In this document: positions 40,334-50,191 of the stretch, one piece after another
Layout of the letters: every line of letters begins with the position of its first letter
How positions within the stretch are numbered: the stretch's first letter is position 1
NCBI GenBank assembly: GCA_963779415.1
Contig: CAVZYA010000001.1
Span: 2,016,001 to 2,080,000 of the forward strand
Origin: an uncultured Acidobacteriota bacterium
GTDB taxonomy: Bacteria; Acidobacteriota; Thermoanaerobaculia; UBA5066
Direction of reading: 5' to 3'
DNA: 64,000 bases
Program-made: the position numbers and the translations under genes
Notes under the pieces: model-generated
The model's input: the letters and a program-made list of their open reading frames with translations, nothing else
Told to the model about the DNA's origin: nothing
The model's database searches: none

Positions 40334-41826
40334 CGGCGGAGCGCGAAGGTCCGGGAGAAGCCTTCCGAGGGAATCGAGACGGTCACTTCGATGGCGCCCT
40401 CGGGACCGCAGGCGTACGTCTCCTCTATCTCGGGCCCCTCTTCCGTCCGGACGACACGGACGTCCTCGAGCGACGTCCGGTCCCGCAGCTGCCGCTCGTA
40501 CGGGAAGAGGATCTCCTCCCACGGCGTCACGTCGCCGTCCGGACGTCCTTCGGTCATCCGGGTGCACTCGAGGTACCGAAGATGGCCCACGTTGTGGACG
40601 GCGCCGTACCGGCGGATCGCCACGAGCGGAGGATCCCCCGGCCTCGGAAGCGGCGTCCCTTCGGGGAAGATCAGGTCGAAGGTGACGTTCCCGCCGCGCT
40701 CGGCCTCCCGGAAGACGCCGAAGTGGCGCGTGAGCCTCTCCGTCAGCGTCCAGCCGCTCTCCCCGTCGAGAAAGGCCGCGAGCCCGATCGCGGTTGCCGC
40801 GAACGGATAGGGAGAGCGCCGGACCCGGCGCTCGCCGAAGCGCTCCTTGAGGCGGCGTCCGACGAGAGGAAAGGCCCCGCCGCCGCCGACGACGTAGAGG
40901 CCGGCCACCTCGTCCCACGAGACCCCGGCGCCCGGCTCCTCGAGAAGCGGGGCGACCGCGTCGATCGTCTGCTCGACGAGCGGCGCGCAGGCCCGGTAGA
41001 TCTCTTCGATGGAGATCGCGAGCGGGCCGCCCCGGACCGGTGCGAGGTCGACGAGAAACCGGCGCGAGCCCGGCCCGACGGACTCCTTCTGCCGCGCGCA
41101 TTCCTCGAGAAGCAGAGCCCTTCGCGCCTCGTTCAACTTCTCGAGGCGCGCCCTCTCGATGACGAGGGCGAGGATCGCCTCGTCGAAGTCGTCCCCGCCG
41201 AGGCGCTTGACGCCGCGCGTCGCGACGACGTCGTGCGACTTCCCCGACATCCGGACGAGGGAGGCGTCGAAGGTGCCGCCGCCGAGGTCGTAGACGACGA
41301 CATGCTCGCGCCGCGCGGTCAGCGTGTTCCGGTACCGGTGGGCGTACTCGAGCCCCGCGGCGGAAGGCTCGTTCAGGAGCGCCTTCACCTCGAACCCGGC
41401 CCGGCGGAAGGCCTCGAGCGTCATGAAGCGCTGGGCCGTGGAGGCCGTGGCGGGGACGCTGACGACCGTCTCGAGCGGCTCGTCCACGGTAAGCCCCGTG
41501 TTCGAGACCGCGACGAGGTCGCGGTGAAGCTGCGAGAAGAACCCTGTCAGGACCTCGAGGAGCGGGACCGCGACGGGTCCGATCGCGACCTCTGTCCCGA
41601 GGCCGGCCTCGTCGAGAAGCCGCTTGAAGGAGCGGAGGACGGTCCAGCCCGGCTGGTGACGGAGGGCGGCCGCCTCCGCCCCGAACCGGAGGGCCCCGTC
41701 GGCGTGGCGCGCGGCGACGAGCGACGGAACGGACTCCGCGCCGTCGAACCCGACGACCGGATAGTTCCCGCGATCGACGAGCGCGACGACGGTGTGGGTC
41801 GTGCCGAAATCGATTCCGAGCTTCAC
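40330..41826 (-). CDS. Hsp70-family protein (short, non-DnaK)
   Basis: GIDFGTT, LLNEPSAA, YDLGGGTFD, LGGDDFD and VVGGG; divergent short C-terminus. Confidence 0.88.
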   Translation of the reverse strand: MKLGIDFGTTHTVVALVDRGNYPVVGFDGAESVPSLVAARHADGALRFGAEAAALRHQPGWTVLRSFKRLLDEAGLGTEVAIGPVAVPLLEVLTGFFSQLHRDLVAVSNTGLTVDEPLETVVSVPATASTAQRFMTLEAFRRAGFEVKALLNEPSAAGLEYAHRYRNTLTARREHVVVYDLGGGTFDASLVRMSGKSHDVVATRGVKRLGGDDFDEAILALVIERARLEKLNEARRALLLEECARQKESVGPGSRRFLVDLAPVRGGPLAISIEEIYRACAPLVEQTIDAVAPLLEEPGAGVSWDEVAGLYVVGGGGAFPLVGRRLKERFGERRVRRSPYPFAATAIGLAAFLDGESGWTLTERLTRHFGVFREAERGGNVTFDLIFPEGTPLPRPGDPPLVAIRRYGAVHNVGHLRYLECTRMTEGRPDGDVTPWEEILFPYERQLRDRTSLEDVRVVRTEEGPEIEETYACGPEGAIEVTVSIPSEGFSRTFALRR

Positions 41827-41873
41827 GAGGAGAGTATACGGAGCCGGCGGCTCGGTTATCCTGCCGGCGCTTC

Positions 41874-42146
41874 ATGTCGTTCGACCAGCTTCTCTTCGCC
41901 CTGGTCTCCGTCGTCGGGATCGCGACGGGCGCGGCCTACGTCCCGCAGGCCGTGAGGATCTGGAGACGGAAGAGCTCGGACGACGTCTCGATCCTCACGT
42001 ACTTCCTCTTCCTCGCCGGCCAGGCGGTCTACCTCGTCTACGGCTTCCGGATCCGCCAGTGGCCGCTCATCGTCGGGATGGCGGCCAACATCGCCGGGAA
42101 TCTCGCCGTCATCCTCTCGGCCCTCCGGTTCCGCGGCCGTCCCTGA
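41874..42146 (+). CDS. SemiSWEET/PQ-loop transporter
   Basis: YVPQAVRIWRRKSSDDVS plus three TM helices. Confidence 0.85.
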   Translation: MSFDQLLFALVSVVGIATGAAYVPQAVRIWRRKSSDDVSILTYFLFLAGQAVYLVYGFRIRQWPLIVGMAANIAGNLAVILSALRFRGRP

Positions 42147-42170
42147 GTCGGGACGCGCCCCGGCTCCGGA

Positions 42171-43010
42171 ATGGGTCAGAATCCGGCGGTGGACCAGCCG
42201 GACCTTCCCCCGGGGCTCGTCGAGGTGCTCGGCCCGCTCTGCGACGGGAGGCCCCTCGTCTTCTTCGACCTCGAGACGACCGGCACGGAGAGGACGCTCG
42301 ACCGGATCGTCGAGATCGCCGCCATCGCCATCCTTCCCGACGGGCCGCCACGGGTCTTCGACCGGCGCGTGAACCCGGGCGTCCGGATCCCGAGCGAGGC
42401 CGCGGCCATCCACGGGATTTCGGACGCGGACGTCAAGGACGCCCCGACGTTCCGCCAGATCGCTCCCGACCTCCTCGCGTTCCTCGGCGACGCCGACCTC
42501 GCCGGATACAACATCCGGGCCTTCGACATTCCCCTCCTTCAGAAGGAGTTCGAGCGGGCGGCCGTCCCCTTCCGCCTCGAGGGGCGTCGGATCGTCGACA
42601 TGCAGACGATCTTCTTCCGAAAGGAACCGCGGGACCTCGGCGCCGCTCTCCGGTTCTTCGCGGGGCGCGAGCACGCCGGGGCGCACGCGGCCCTCGCGGA
42701 CGTCGTCGCTTCCGCCGAGGTCCTCGCGGGACAGCTCCGCCGCTATCCCGATCTCCCCCGGACGATCGGCGGCCTCCACGAGTTCTCCGCCCCGGCCGAG
42801 GGGCGGTGGGTCGATCCGGACAAGCGCTTCTTCTGGCGGGACGGCGAGGCCGTCTTCGCCTTCGGGGACCACCGCGGCCGGAGCCTCGCGCTCGTGGCCG
42901 AGACGAACCCGGATTACCTCGACTGGATGGTCCGGAGGGACTTCCCCGAGCCGGCCAAGGAGATCGTGAGGAACGCCCGCCGCGGCGTCTTCCCGAAGAG
43001 ACGGCCGTGA
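42171..43010 (+). CDS. DnaQ-like DEDDh 3'-5' exonuclease
   Basis: FDLETTG, GYNIRAFD and HAALAD; C-terminal FGDHRG...PDYLDW domain. Confidence 0.88.
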   Translation: MGQNPAVDQPDLPPGLVEVLGPLCDGRPLVFFDLETTGTERTLDRIVEIAAIAILPDGPPRVFDRRVNPGVRIPSEAAAIHGISDADVKDAPTFRQIAPDLLAFLGDADLAGYNIRAFDIPLLQKEFERAAVPFRLEGRRIVDMQTIFFRKEPRDLGAALRFFAGREHAGAHAALADVVASAEVLAGQLRRYPDLPRTIGGLHEFSAPAEGRWVDPDKRFFWRDGEAVFAFGDHRGRSLALVAETNPDYLDWMVRRDFPEPAKEIVRNARRGVFPKRRP

Positions 43011-43404
43011 CGCCGGGGCTCCCGCGGGGCCTCGCCCGGCGCCGTTCCCGTCCCGTCCGGATCGCGCTCCTCACGCTCGGTTGGGCGCTCCTCGCGATCG
43101 GATTCGTCGGCGGGCTTCTGCCCGTCATCCAGGGGTGGCCGTTCGGCGTCGCCGGCGCGGCGATCCTCTACGTCGAGAGCCGCTGGGTCAGCGGAAGGTC
43201 CGAAGGTGGCGGCAGAAGCACCCGAAGGCGGAAGCGACCTGGCTTCGCGCCCGCCTCTGGCTCCGCGAGCGGCGCAAGGCGCGCGAGGCGAAGGCCCGCG
43301 CGGGACGGAGCTGCGGGCCGGCGAGCCTCAGTCCATCTGACGGCGGAGGAACGTCGGGATGTCGAAGAGGTCCTCGCGCGGGTCGCGCTGCGTCAGGATG
43401 TTGA
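43007..43404 (+). CDS. Small membrane protein (PGPGW-like), frameshifted near 43190
   Basis: LGWALLAIGFVGGLLPVIQGW; GTGA overlap with the exonuclease gene; 3' end uncertain. Confidence 0.55.
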
Positions 43405-44524
43405 CTCCGTAGCCCGAGTCCTCCGGCGGAGGGATCACCGGCTCGGGCGCGCTCTTGCCGCCGCGCTTCTCGACGCGCCCCCCCTGAGGCGTGACGGGAA
43501 GCGAGACCTCTCGCCGCGAGGCGAGCGCCACCGGAGCATCGAATCCCGTCGCGATGACGCTGATCTTCACTTGATCCCGGAGGTCGGGGTCCCGGACGAG
43601 GCCGAAGATGATGTTCGCCTCCTCGTCCGCGGCCTGATGGATGACGTTGCAGGCCTCCCCCACCTCGGCCATCGTCAGGTCGTCGCCCCCCGTGATGTTG
43701 ATCAGGATGGCGCGCGCCCCCTGGATCGACTGCTCCTCGAGGAGCGGGTTCGAGATGGCGCGTTGCGCCGCCTCGACGGCCCGGTGCTCGCCGGCGGCCG
43801 TCCCGGTCCCCATGAGGGCCATCCCCATGTTCTCCATCACCGTCTTGACGTCGGCGAAGTCGAGGTTCACCTCGCCCGGCACGACGATCAGGTCGCTGAT
43901 CCCCTGAACGGCCTGCCGGAGGACGTCGTCGGCCAGACGGAACGCCTCCCACGTCGTCACGTTCCGTTCGACGAAGGCGTAGAGCCTCTCGTTCGGGATC
44001 GTGATGAGCGTGTCGACGTACTCGCGCAGCTCCGCGATGCCGTCCTCGGCGTACCGGAGCCGGCGGCGCCCCTCGAAGGCGAAGGGCTTCGAGACGATGG
44101 CGACCACGAGCGCCCCCGCCTCGGAGGCGAGGCGCGCGACGACGGGCGCGGCACCCGTCCCCGTCCCGCCTCCCATCCCGGCGGTCACGAAGACCATGTC
44201 CGAGCCCGCGAGCGTCTGCGAGATCCGCTCGGCGTCCTCGAGGGCCGCGTTCTTCCCGATCTCGGGGTTCGAGCCGGCCCCCATGCCGCGCGACGTCGTC
44301 AGGCCGAGCTGGAGCTTCGTCGGCGCCTTGTTGTTCCGGAGGGCCTGGAGGTCCGTGTTCGCGGAGATGAAATCGACTCCCCGGATGCCGGCCTCGATCA
44401 TCCGCTTGATGGCGTTCCCTCCGCCGCCTCCGACGCCGATGACCCGTATCCGGGAAGGCGGGGGGACTTCATCGCCCAGGGTGATCGAGAGAGGTCCGGG
44501 CTCGGGATCTTCGAGCAGGATCAT
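43328..44524 (-). CDS. ftsZ: Cell division protein FtsZ
   Basis: GVGGGGGNA, GMGGGTGTG and NLDFAD; C-terminal DIPTFLRRQMD. Confidence 0.97.
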   Translation of the reverse strand: MILLEDPEPGPLSITLGDEVPPPSRIRVIGVGGGGGNAIKRMIEAGIRGVDFISANTDLQALRNNKAPTKLQLGLTTSRGMGAGSNPEIGKNAALEDAERISQTLAGSDMVFVTAGMGGGTGTGAAPVVARLASEAGALVVAIVSKPFAFEGRRRLRYAEDGIAELREYVDTLITIPNERLYAFVERNVTTWEAFRLADDVLRQAVQGISDLIVVPGEVNLDFADVKTVMENMGMALMGTGTAAGEHRAVEAAQRAISNPLLEEQSIQGARAILINITGGDDLTMAEVGEACNVIHQAADEEANIIFGLVRDPDLRDQVKISVIATGFDAPVALASRREVSLPVTPQGGRVEKRGGKSAPEPVIPPPEDSGYGVNILTQRDPREDLFDIPTFLRRQMD

Positions 44525-44543
44525 TTTCTTTCCTCCATTGCTA

Positions 44544-45791
44544 TCACACGCTGGCCGACGAGGGGAAGAGGCCGCGAAGGGAATTCTTCAGTTTCGAGAC
44601 GAAGCCCTTGGATCCCGACCGGGGGTGGCGCGCCGGGGCCGAGGCCGCGGCGCTGCCATAGAGAAGGAGGCCGACGGCGCAGGCCCACTCGGGCGCCGAG
44701 ACGACGTCCTTGAGGCCTCCCACGTTCTGCGGCACTCCCCGGCGGCTCGGGATGCCGACGATCTGCTCGGCGACCTCCACGAGCCCGTCGAGGTCGGCGC
44801 CGCCGCCGGTCAGGACGAGTCCGGCCCGAAGCTCCCGGGCCGGGATCTCGCGGACGGCGTCGTCCCAGACGAGCTGCAGGAGCTCGTCGGCCCGGGCGTT
44901 CAGGATCTCGGCGATCTCGCGCCTCTTCACGGGATGGACGCCGCGCCCTCCCGTCTGCGGCATGTCGATCGTCTCGTCCTCGGGGACGAGCGCCGGGAGG
45001 GCCGACCCGTACTTCCGCTTCAGCCGCTCGGCGTCGGGAACCGGCGCCTTCTTCACGACGGCGATGTCGTTCGTGAAGTGGTCCCCGCCGATCGGGAGGA
45101 CCGCCGTGTGCCCGAGCGTCCCCCCTCTCCAGACGGCGACCTCCGTCGTGCCGCCGCCGATGTCCGCGAGGACGATCCCGAGTTCCTTCTCGTCGGCCGT
45201 CAGGACCGCCTCGCTCGCCGCGAGGGCCTCGAGGACCATCTCGATGACCTCGATTCCGGCGCGATTGACGCAGTTGAGGAGGTTCTGGACGGTCGCGACC
45301 GGAACGGTCACGACGTGGACGTCGGCCTCGAGACGGCTTCCGACCATCCCGAGAGGGTCGGCCACCCCTTCCTGCCCGTCCACGACGAACCCGCGCGGAA
45401 GGACGTGGAGAACCTCGAACTCCGCCGGGATCGGGACGGAGCGCGCCGCGTCGAGCGAGCGCTGGATGTCCTCGCGGGAGATCTCCCGGTTCTTCGCGGC
45501 CACCGCCACGACCTGCCGGCTGTTGAAAGACTTGATGGACGGACCCGAGACGCCGACGACCGCCCGCTCGATCTGGGCCCCCGCCATGATCTCGGCCTCC
45601 TCCGTGGCCCGCTTGATGGCGTCCACCGTGGCCGGCACGTCGATGATGGCGCCGCGCCGCGCCCCCTTGTGGGACGCCGTCCCCTTCCCGAGGACGTCGA
45701 CGCGCCCGCCCGGCTGCGGCTCGGCGATGAGGGCGCAGACCTTCGTGGAACCGATGTCGAGGCTGACGAGATATTGAGCGTTCTTCGGCAT
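44544..45791 (-). CDS. ftsA: Cell division protein FtsA
   Basis: LDIGSTK, DIGGGTT, GGDHFTNDI and LTGGGA; C-terminal amphipathic helix. Confidence 0.95.
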   Translation of the reverse strand: MPKNAQYLVSLDIGSTKVCALIAEPQPGGRVDVLGKGTASHKGARRGAIIDVPATVDAIKRATEEAEIMAGAQIERAVVGVSGPSIKSFNSRQVVAVAAKNREISREDIQRSLDAARSVPIPAEFEVLHVLPRGFVVDGQEGVADPLGMVGSRLEADVHVVTVPVATVQNLLNCVNRAGIEVIEMVLEALAASEAVLTADEKELGIVLADIGGGTTEVAVWRGGTLGHTAVLPIGGDHFTNDIAVVKKAPVPDAERLKRKYGSALPALVPEDETIDMPQTGGRGVHPVKRREIAEILNARADELLQLVWDDAVREIPARELRAGLVLTGGGADLDGLVEVAEQIVGIPSRRGVPQNVGGLKDVVSAPEWACAVGLLLYGSAAASAPARHPRSGSKGFVSKLKNSLRGLFPSSASV

Positions 45792-45802
45792 GAAGGAATC
45801 CC

Positions 45803-46606
45803 TCAGAGCTTTCCGCGCCCGAGCGTGTCGGGCGGCGTGTGCAGGACGATGCGTCCGTCGAAACGGAGGTCGGCCGAGTCGTCCGGAAGTCCCCGCCGCG
45901 AAAGGTCGGGGACGAGGGCGAGGAAGGCGCGCCACGTCGCGGCCGTGCGCGGCGTCTCCTCGGGATTCTTCCCGACGACGAGCCGGGCGCGGGCGAGACG
46001 ATCGGTCACGACGAGGCCTTCCGGGGAGACAAGGACGTCGGAGACGCGGCTGAAGAGCGCAGGATCCACGTCCTTCAGGGAGGCGAGGAAGGCGGCGGCG
46101 CACCGGACGCTCTCGTCGTCCCCCGTCGCGTCGATGATCGGGAAGTCGTCCTCGCCCGAAAGGGCCCGCCCTTCGTACGGACCGAGCCATGCGCCCCCCT
46201 TGTCCACCGTCCAGAGCGTCCCTGCGCGGCGGGCGAGCGCGAGAGGCGGGCGCGCCTCGATCCGGATCAGGAGCGTGTCGGGGACGAGCCGCCGGGCCGC
46301 CGCGCGCGCCACCCAGGGCTGGCGCGCGAGGCCGCTGACGGCGGCGTCGAGATCGACGAAGAGGAGCGGCCGTCCGAGAAGCGGATCCGTCACTTCCTCG
46401 GCCTCGGCGCGGCGGGCGTCCGGCACCCCTTCGAGGACGACGCGCTTCACGGCGAAGCGCGGGTGGTGCCGGAGGACGAGCGCTCCGCCGAGCGCGAGAA
46501 GGGCGAGCGAGAGGAGGGTGAGGGCCGGGAGTAGCCCCTTCCACGTCGACCGCCGGTGGCGCGGTCGGGCGAGGCGCGAGATCGGGGGGCGGTAGAAGCT
46601 GCTCAC
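45803..46606 (-). CDS. ftsQ: Cell division protein FtsQ
   Basis: Single TM helix, POTRA domain (PWVARA...PDTL.I.IE) and DLRF; lies between murC and ftsA. Confidence 0.85.
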   Translation of the reverse strand: MSSFYRPPISRLARPRHRRSTWKGLLPALTLLSLALLALGGALVLRHHPRFAVKRVVLEGVPDARRAEAEEVTDPLLGRPLLFVDLDAAVSGLARQPWVARAAARRLVPDTLLIRIEARPPLALARRAGTLWTVDKGGAWLGPYEGRALSGEDDFPIIDATGDDESVRCAAAFLASLKDVDPALFSRVSDVLVSPEGLVVTDRLARARLVVGKNPEETPRTAATWRAFLALVPDLSRRGLPDDSADLRFDGRIVLHTPPDTLGRGKL

Positions 46607-47979
46607 GCGGCCCCTCCAGCGGCCAGCCACGCCTCGCCGAAGTGGAGGACGTCGCCGGCCCCCATCGTGATCAGGAGGTCCCCTTCCCGAAGGGTCTCCT
46701 CGAGCGCCGGAAGGATCTCCTCGCGCGACGCGAGGAACCGGGCGCTGCGGTGGCCGCGCGCCGTGGCGGCGTCCGCCACGAGCGCTCCGGTCACCCCCGC
46801 GATCGGCGCCTCGCGCGAGCCGTAGACGGGCGCGACGAGAAGGACGTCGGCCGCGAGGAACGCCGCGCCGAAGGCGGCCGAAAAGTCGCGCGTCCGGCTG
46901 TAGAGGTGGGGCTGGAAGAGGGCCACGACCCGCCGGTCCGGGTGGGTCTGCCGCGCCGCCGCGAGCGTCGCGGAGACCTCCGTCGGGTGGTGTGCATAGT
47001 CGTCGTAGACGAGGACTCCCGCGCGCTCCCCTTTCGGCTCGAAGCGGCGGATGACCCCGGCGAACTCGTCGAGGGCGCGCGCGGCGAGGAGGAACGGGAT
47101 CTCCAGCTCGATCGAGACGGCGATCGCGGCGAGGGCGTTCTTCACGTTGTGGAGCCCCGGCACGGAGAGCCGGACCGGTCCGAGCACCCTCCGGTCGGCG
47201 AGGGCCAGGAATCGGGAGCCGCTCCGTTCCAGGACGAGGTCCCGGAGGGTCACGTCGGCCTGCGGCGTCAGCCCGAAGGTCACGACCCGCCGCCGGATGA
47301 GCGGCCGGATCTCCTGGACGTTCGGGTCGTCGAGCCCGAGGAGGGCCGCGCCGAAGAACGGGACGCTGTGGGCGTACCTGGCGAAGGCATCCTGGAGGTC
47401 CGCGAGGTCGCGGTACGTGTCGAGATGCTCGAGATCGATGTTCGTCACCACCGCGAGAAGGGGCCTGAGCTCGAGGAACGACCGGTCGAACTCGTCCGCC
47501 TCCGCCACGAGCCATTCGCCGTGCCCGAGACGGGCGTTCCCCACGTCGCGCATCCGGCCACCGACGATGATCGTCGGGTCCATCCCCGCGGCGAGGAGGA
47601 TCGCCCCGGTCATCGACGTCGTCGTCGTCTTTCCGTGCGTTCCGGCGATGGCGATGCCGCGCTTGAAGCGCATCACCTCGGCCAGCATCTCCGCCCGCTT
47701 GATGACGGGGATCCCGGAGGCGCGCGCCGCGACGACTTCGACGTTGTCCTCGGCGACGGCCGACGAGTAGACGACGACGTCGGAGGAGGCGACGTGCTCG
47801 GGGCGGTGCCCGTGGAAGACCGGGATGCCGAGCGACGCCAGACGGCGCGTCGTCTCGGACTCCTTCGCGTCGGAGCCGGTGACGCGGAGGCCCACCGTCT
47901 TCAGAAGCTCGGCGAGTCCCGACATCCCGATGCCACCGATTCCGACGAAGTGGATCTCCCGGGCACGAAGAAAGTTCAC
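46603..47979 (-). CDS. murC: UDP-N-acetylmuramate--L-alanine ligase
   Basis: HFVGIGGIGMSG, GTHGKTTT, EADE, DDYAHHPTE and FQPHLYSRT. Confidence 0.96.
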   Translation of the reverse strand: MNFLRAREIHFVGIGGIGMSGLAELLKTVGLRVTGSDAKESETTRRLASLGIPVFHGHRPEHVASSDVVVYSSAVAEDNVEVVAARASGIPVIKRAEMLAEVMRFKRGIAIAGTHGKTTTTSMTGAILLAAGMDPTIIVGGRMRDVGNARLGHGEWLVAEADEFDRSFLELRPLLAVVTNIDLEHLDTYRDLADLQDAFARYAHSVPFFGAALLGLDDPNVQEIRPLIRRRVVTFGLTPQADVTLRDLVLERSGSRFLALADRRVLGPVRLSVPGLHNVKNALAAIAVSIELEIPFLLAARALDEFAGVIRRFEPKGERAGVLVYDDYAHHPTEVSATLAAARQTHPDRRVVALFQPHLYSRTRDFSAAFGAAFLAADVLLVAPVYGSREAPIAGVTGALVADAATARGHRSARFLASREEILPALEETLREGDLLITMGAGDVLHFGEAWLAAGGAA

Positions 47980-49091
47980 GCGGGCCTCCTGGCGGTCGAA
48001 AGGACGAGGTCGGCCAGTCGCGCCGCGGCGTCGGGGATGGCCGCGCGCCGCGCGGACGATCCCATGTCGAGAAGTCGGGCCGGATCGGAGAGGAGCGCGG
48101 CCATCTCGTCCGCGAGCCGGCCGACCGTGGCGTCGTCTTCAGTCACGACGACGGCCGCTCCGGCACGCTCGAGGGCGCGGGCATTGGCTTCCTGATGGCC
48201 GTGCGTCGCCCCCGCGAACGGGACGAGGAGCGCCGGGCGCCCGGCCGCGGCGATCTCGGCGGCGGTCATCGCCCCCGAGCGCGCGACGACGAGATCGGCC
48301 GAAGCGTATTCCGAAGGGATGTCGTCGAGAAACTCGCGGACGCTCTCGGCACCGAAGCCGAGGGTCGCGTACCGGGTCCGGAGGTCTTCGGCGTCGTGGC
48401 CGAGGCCGCGCCGAGCCCGTCCCGCCTGGTGGACGACGTCGAGCGCGAGCCCACGCGCGGCGACGGCCGCGAGGGCGTCGGGGACGAGCCGGTTCAGGAT
48501 CTGCGCTCCCTGGCTCCCGCCGACGACGAGGACCTTCATCCGCCGGAGAGCCGGGCGTGGCGCGAGAGAGGGGATCGCGAAGAAGGCGTCGCGGACGGGA
48601 TTCCCCGTGACGACCCCTCCCGGAAGCGCCGCGGCGGCGGCCTCGCTCCCGGCCGCCACGCGGGTCGCGACGCGGGAGAGGAGCCGGTTCGTGAAGCCGG
48701 GGACCGCGTTCGCCTCGTGGACGACCGTCGGAACCCGGCGGAGCCACGCCGTCGCGACGACGGGGCCCGACGCGTACCCGCCCACGCCGACGACGGCTCG
48801 CGGCGAGCGCCGCGAGAGGATCCGCCACGAATCGAAGAGCGCGGGGAGGACCGCGGCCGCTCCCCGGAGGCGCGCCGCGAGCCCTTTTCCGACGAGTCCG
48901 CGCGCCCGGACGAACTCGAGCGGGAATCCCGCCTTCGGGACGAGGTCGGCCTCGAGGCCGGAGCGGGTCCCGACGAGGACGACCGGCTCTTCCGGACGGC
49001 GGCGCGAGAGCTCCCGCGCGAGCGCGAGGGCCGGGAAGACGTGCCCCCCCGTTCCTCCGCCGGCGATCAGGATGCCGAAGGCGCCGCTCAT
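47976..49091 (-). CDS. murG: Lipid II GlcNAc transferase
   Basis: GGGTGGHVFP, GGY, HEANAVPG, GNPVR, GGSQGA and RSGAMT. Confidence 0.96.
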   Translation of the reverse strand: MSGAFGILIAGGGTGGHVFPALALARELSRRRPEEPVVLVGTRSGLEADLVPKAGFPLEFVRARGLVGKGLAARLRGAAAVLPALFDSWRILSRRSPRAVVGVGGYASGPVVATAWLRRVPTVVHEANAVPGFTNRLLSRVATRVAAGSEAAAAALPGGVVTGNPVRDAFFAIPSLAPRPALRRMKVLVVGGSQGAQILNRLVPDALAAVAARGLALDVVHQAGRARRGLGHDAEDLRTRYATLGFGAESVREFLDDIPSEYASADLVVARSGAMTAAEIAAAGRPALLVPFAGATHGHQEANARALERAGAAVVVTEDDATVGRLADEMAALLSDPARLLDMGSSARRAAIPDAAARLADLVLSTARRPA

Positions 49092-50191
49092 GACGCGTGC
49101 TGCGAGAGGTTGAGGAGGACCCCGACCGCGAGGAGGTTCGTCCAGAGGGCCGAGCCTCCGTACGACAGGAACGGGAGCGGGATCCCCTTGGTGGGCAGGA
49201 GGGCGAGGACGACGGAGATGTTGACGAGGGCCTGCGCCATGATCATCACCGCGAGGCCCGTGCCGAGAAGCCGGCCGAAGGTGTCCGGGGCGTTCGCGGC
49301 GGCCCGGATCCCGCGCGCGAAAACGATGCCGAAGAGGGCGAGGACGACGACGCAGCCGATCAGGCCGAGCTCCTCGCCGACGATCGCGAAGATGAAGTCC
49401 GTGTAGGGATAGGGAAGGAAGAAGAGCTTCTGCTTCCCGTCCCCGAGGCCGAGGCCCGTGAGGCCGCCGGTCCCGACCGCGATGAGTGACTGGAGAGCCT
49501 GGAACCCCTTGCCGAGCGGATCGGCCTCCGGATGAAAGAACGAGAAGAGGCGCTCCCGTCGGTACGGCGCCGAGAGGGCGTAGGCCGTCAGCGTCGGGAC
49601 GAGGAGGAGCGTCCCGAGGGCGAACCACCGGAGCCGGAGCCCCGCGAGGAAGAGCATCGCGGCGGCGATCACGAAGTAGGTCACGGCGGTCCCGAAGTCG
49701 GGCTGGAGCAGGACGAGCCCCGCGAAGAACGCGAGGAGCCCGGCGACGGGGAGGAGGGTCCTCGTCGGGTGGTCGATCTCCCCCTCGCGCCGCGAGAGGA
49801 ACGCCGCGAGGGCGACGACGAGGCCGAGTTTCGCGAACTCCGACGGCTGGATGGACATCAGGCCGAGGTCGATCCAGCGGCGCGTCCCGTTGATCGGAGC
49901 GCGGAAGAGAACGGCGACGAGCGCGGTGGCGACGACGACGAGCGCGGCGACGACGAGGGCCGGACGGTTCATCTGCCGATAGTCGAGAAGGAGCGCCCCC
50001 GCCATCAGGGCGGCCCCGAGAAGGACGCCGACCCCCTGTTTGAGGAGGAAGAAGTAGGGAAGGACGGGGGCACCGGCGGCGGGAAGGTAGATCTGCATTG
50101 CCGACGCGCTGTAGATCATCACGAGCCCGAGAAGGACGAGCAGGACGACGGCCACGAAGAGGAGGCGGTCGGACGCGAGCTTCCGGGCCAT
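49088..50191 (-). CDS. ftsW: Peptidoglycan polymerase FtsW
   Basis: RWI, QPSEFAK, QPDFGT, TDFIFAIVGEELG and LPFLSYGGS. Confidence 0.95.
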   Translation of the reverse strand: MARKLASDRLLFVAVVLLVLLGLVMIYSASAMQIYLPAAGAPVLPYFFLLKQGVGVLLGAALMAGALLLDYRQMNRPALVVAALVVVATALVAVLFRAPINGTRRWIDLGLMSIQPSEFAKLGLVVALAAFLSRREGEIDHPTRTLLPVAGLLAFFAGLVLLQPDFGTAVTYFVIAAAMLFLAGLRLRWFALGTLLLVPTLTAYALSAPYRRERLFSFFHPEADPLGKGFQALQSLIAVGTGGLTGLGLGDGKQKLFFLPYPYTDFIFAIVGEELGLIGCVVVLALFGIVFARGIRAAANAPDTFGRLLGTGLAVMIMAQALVNISVVLALLPTKGIPLPFLSYGGSALWTNLLAVGVLLNLSQHAS

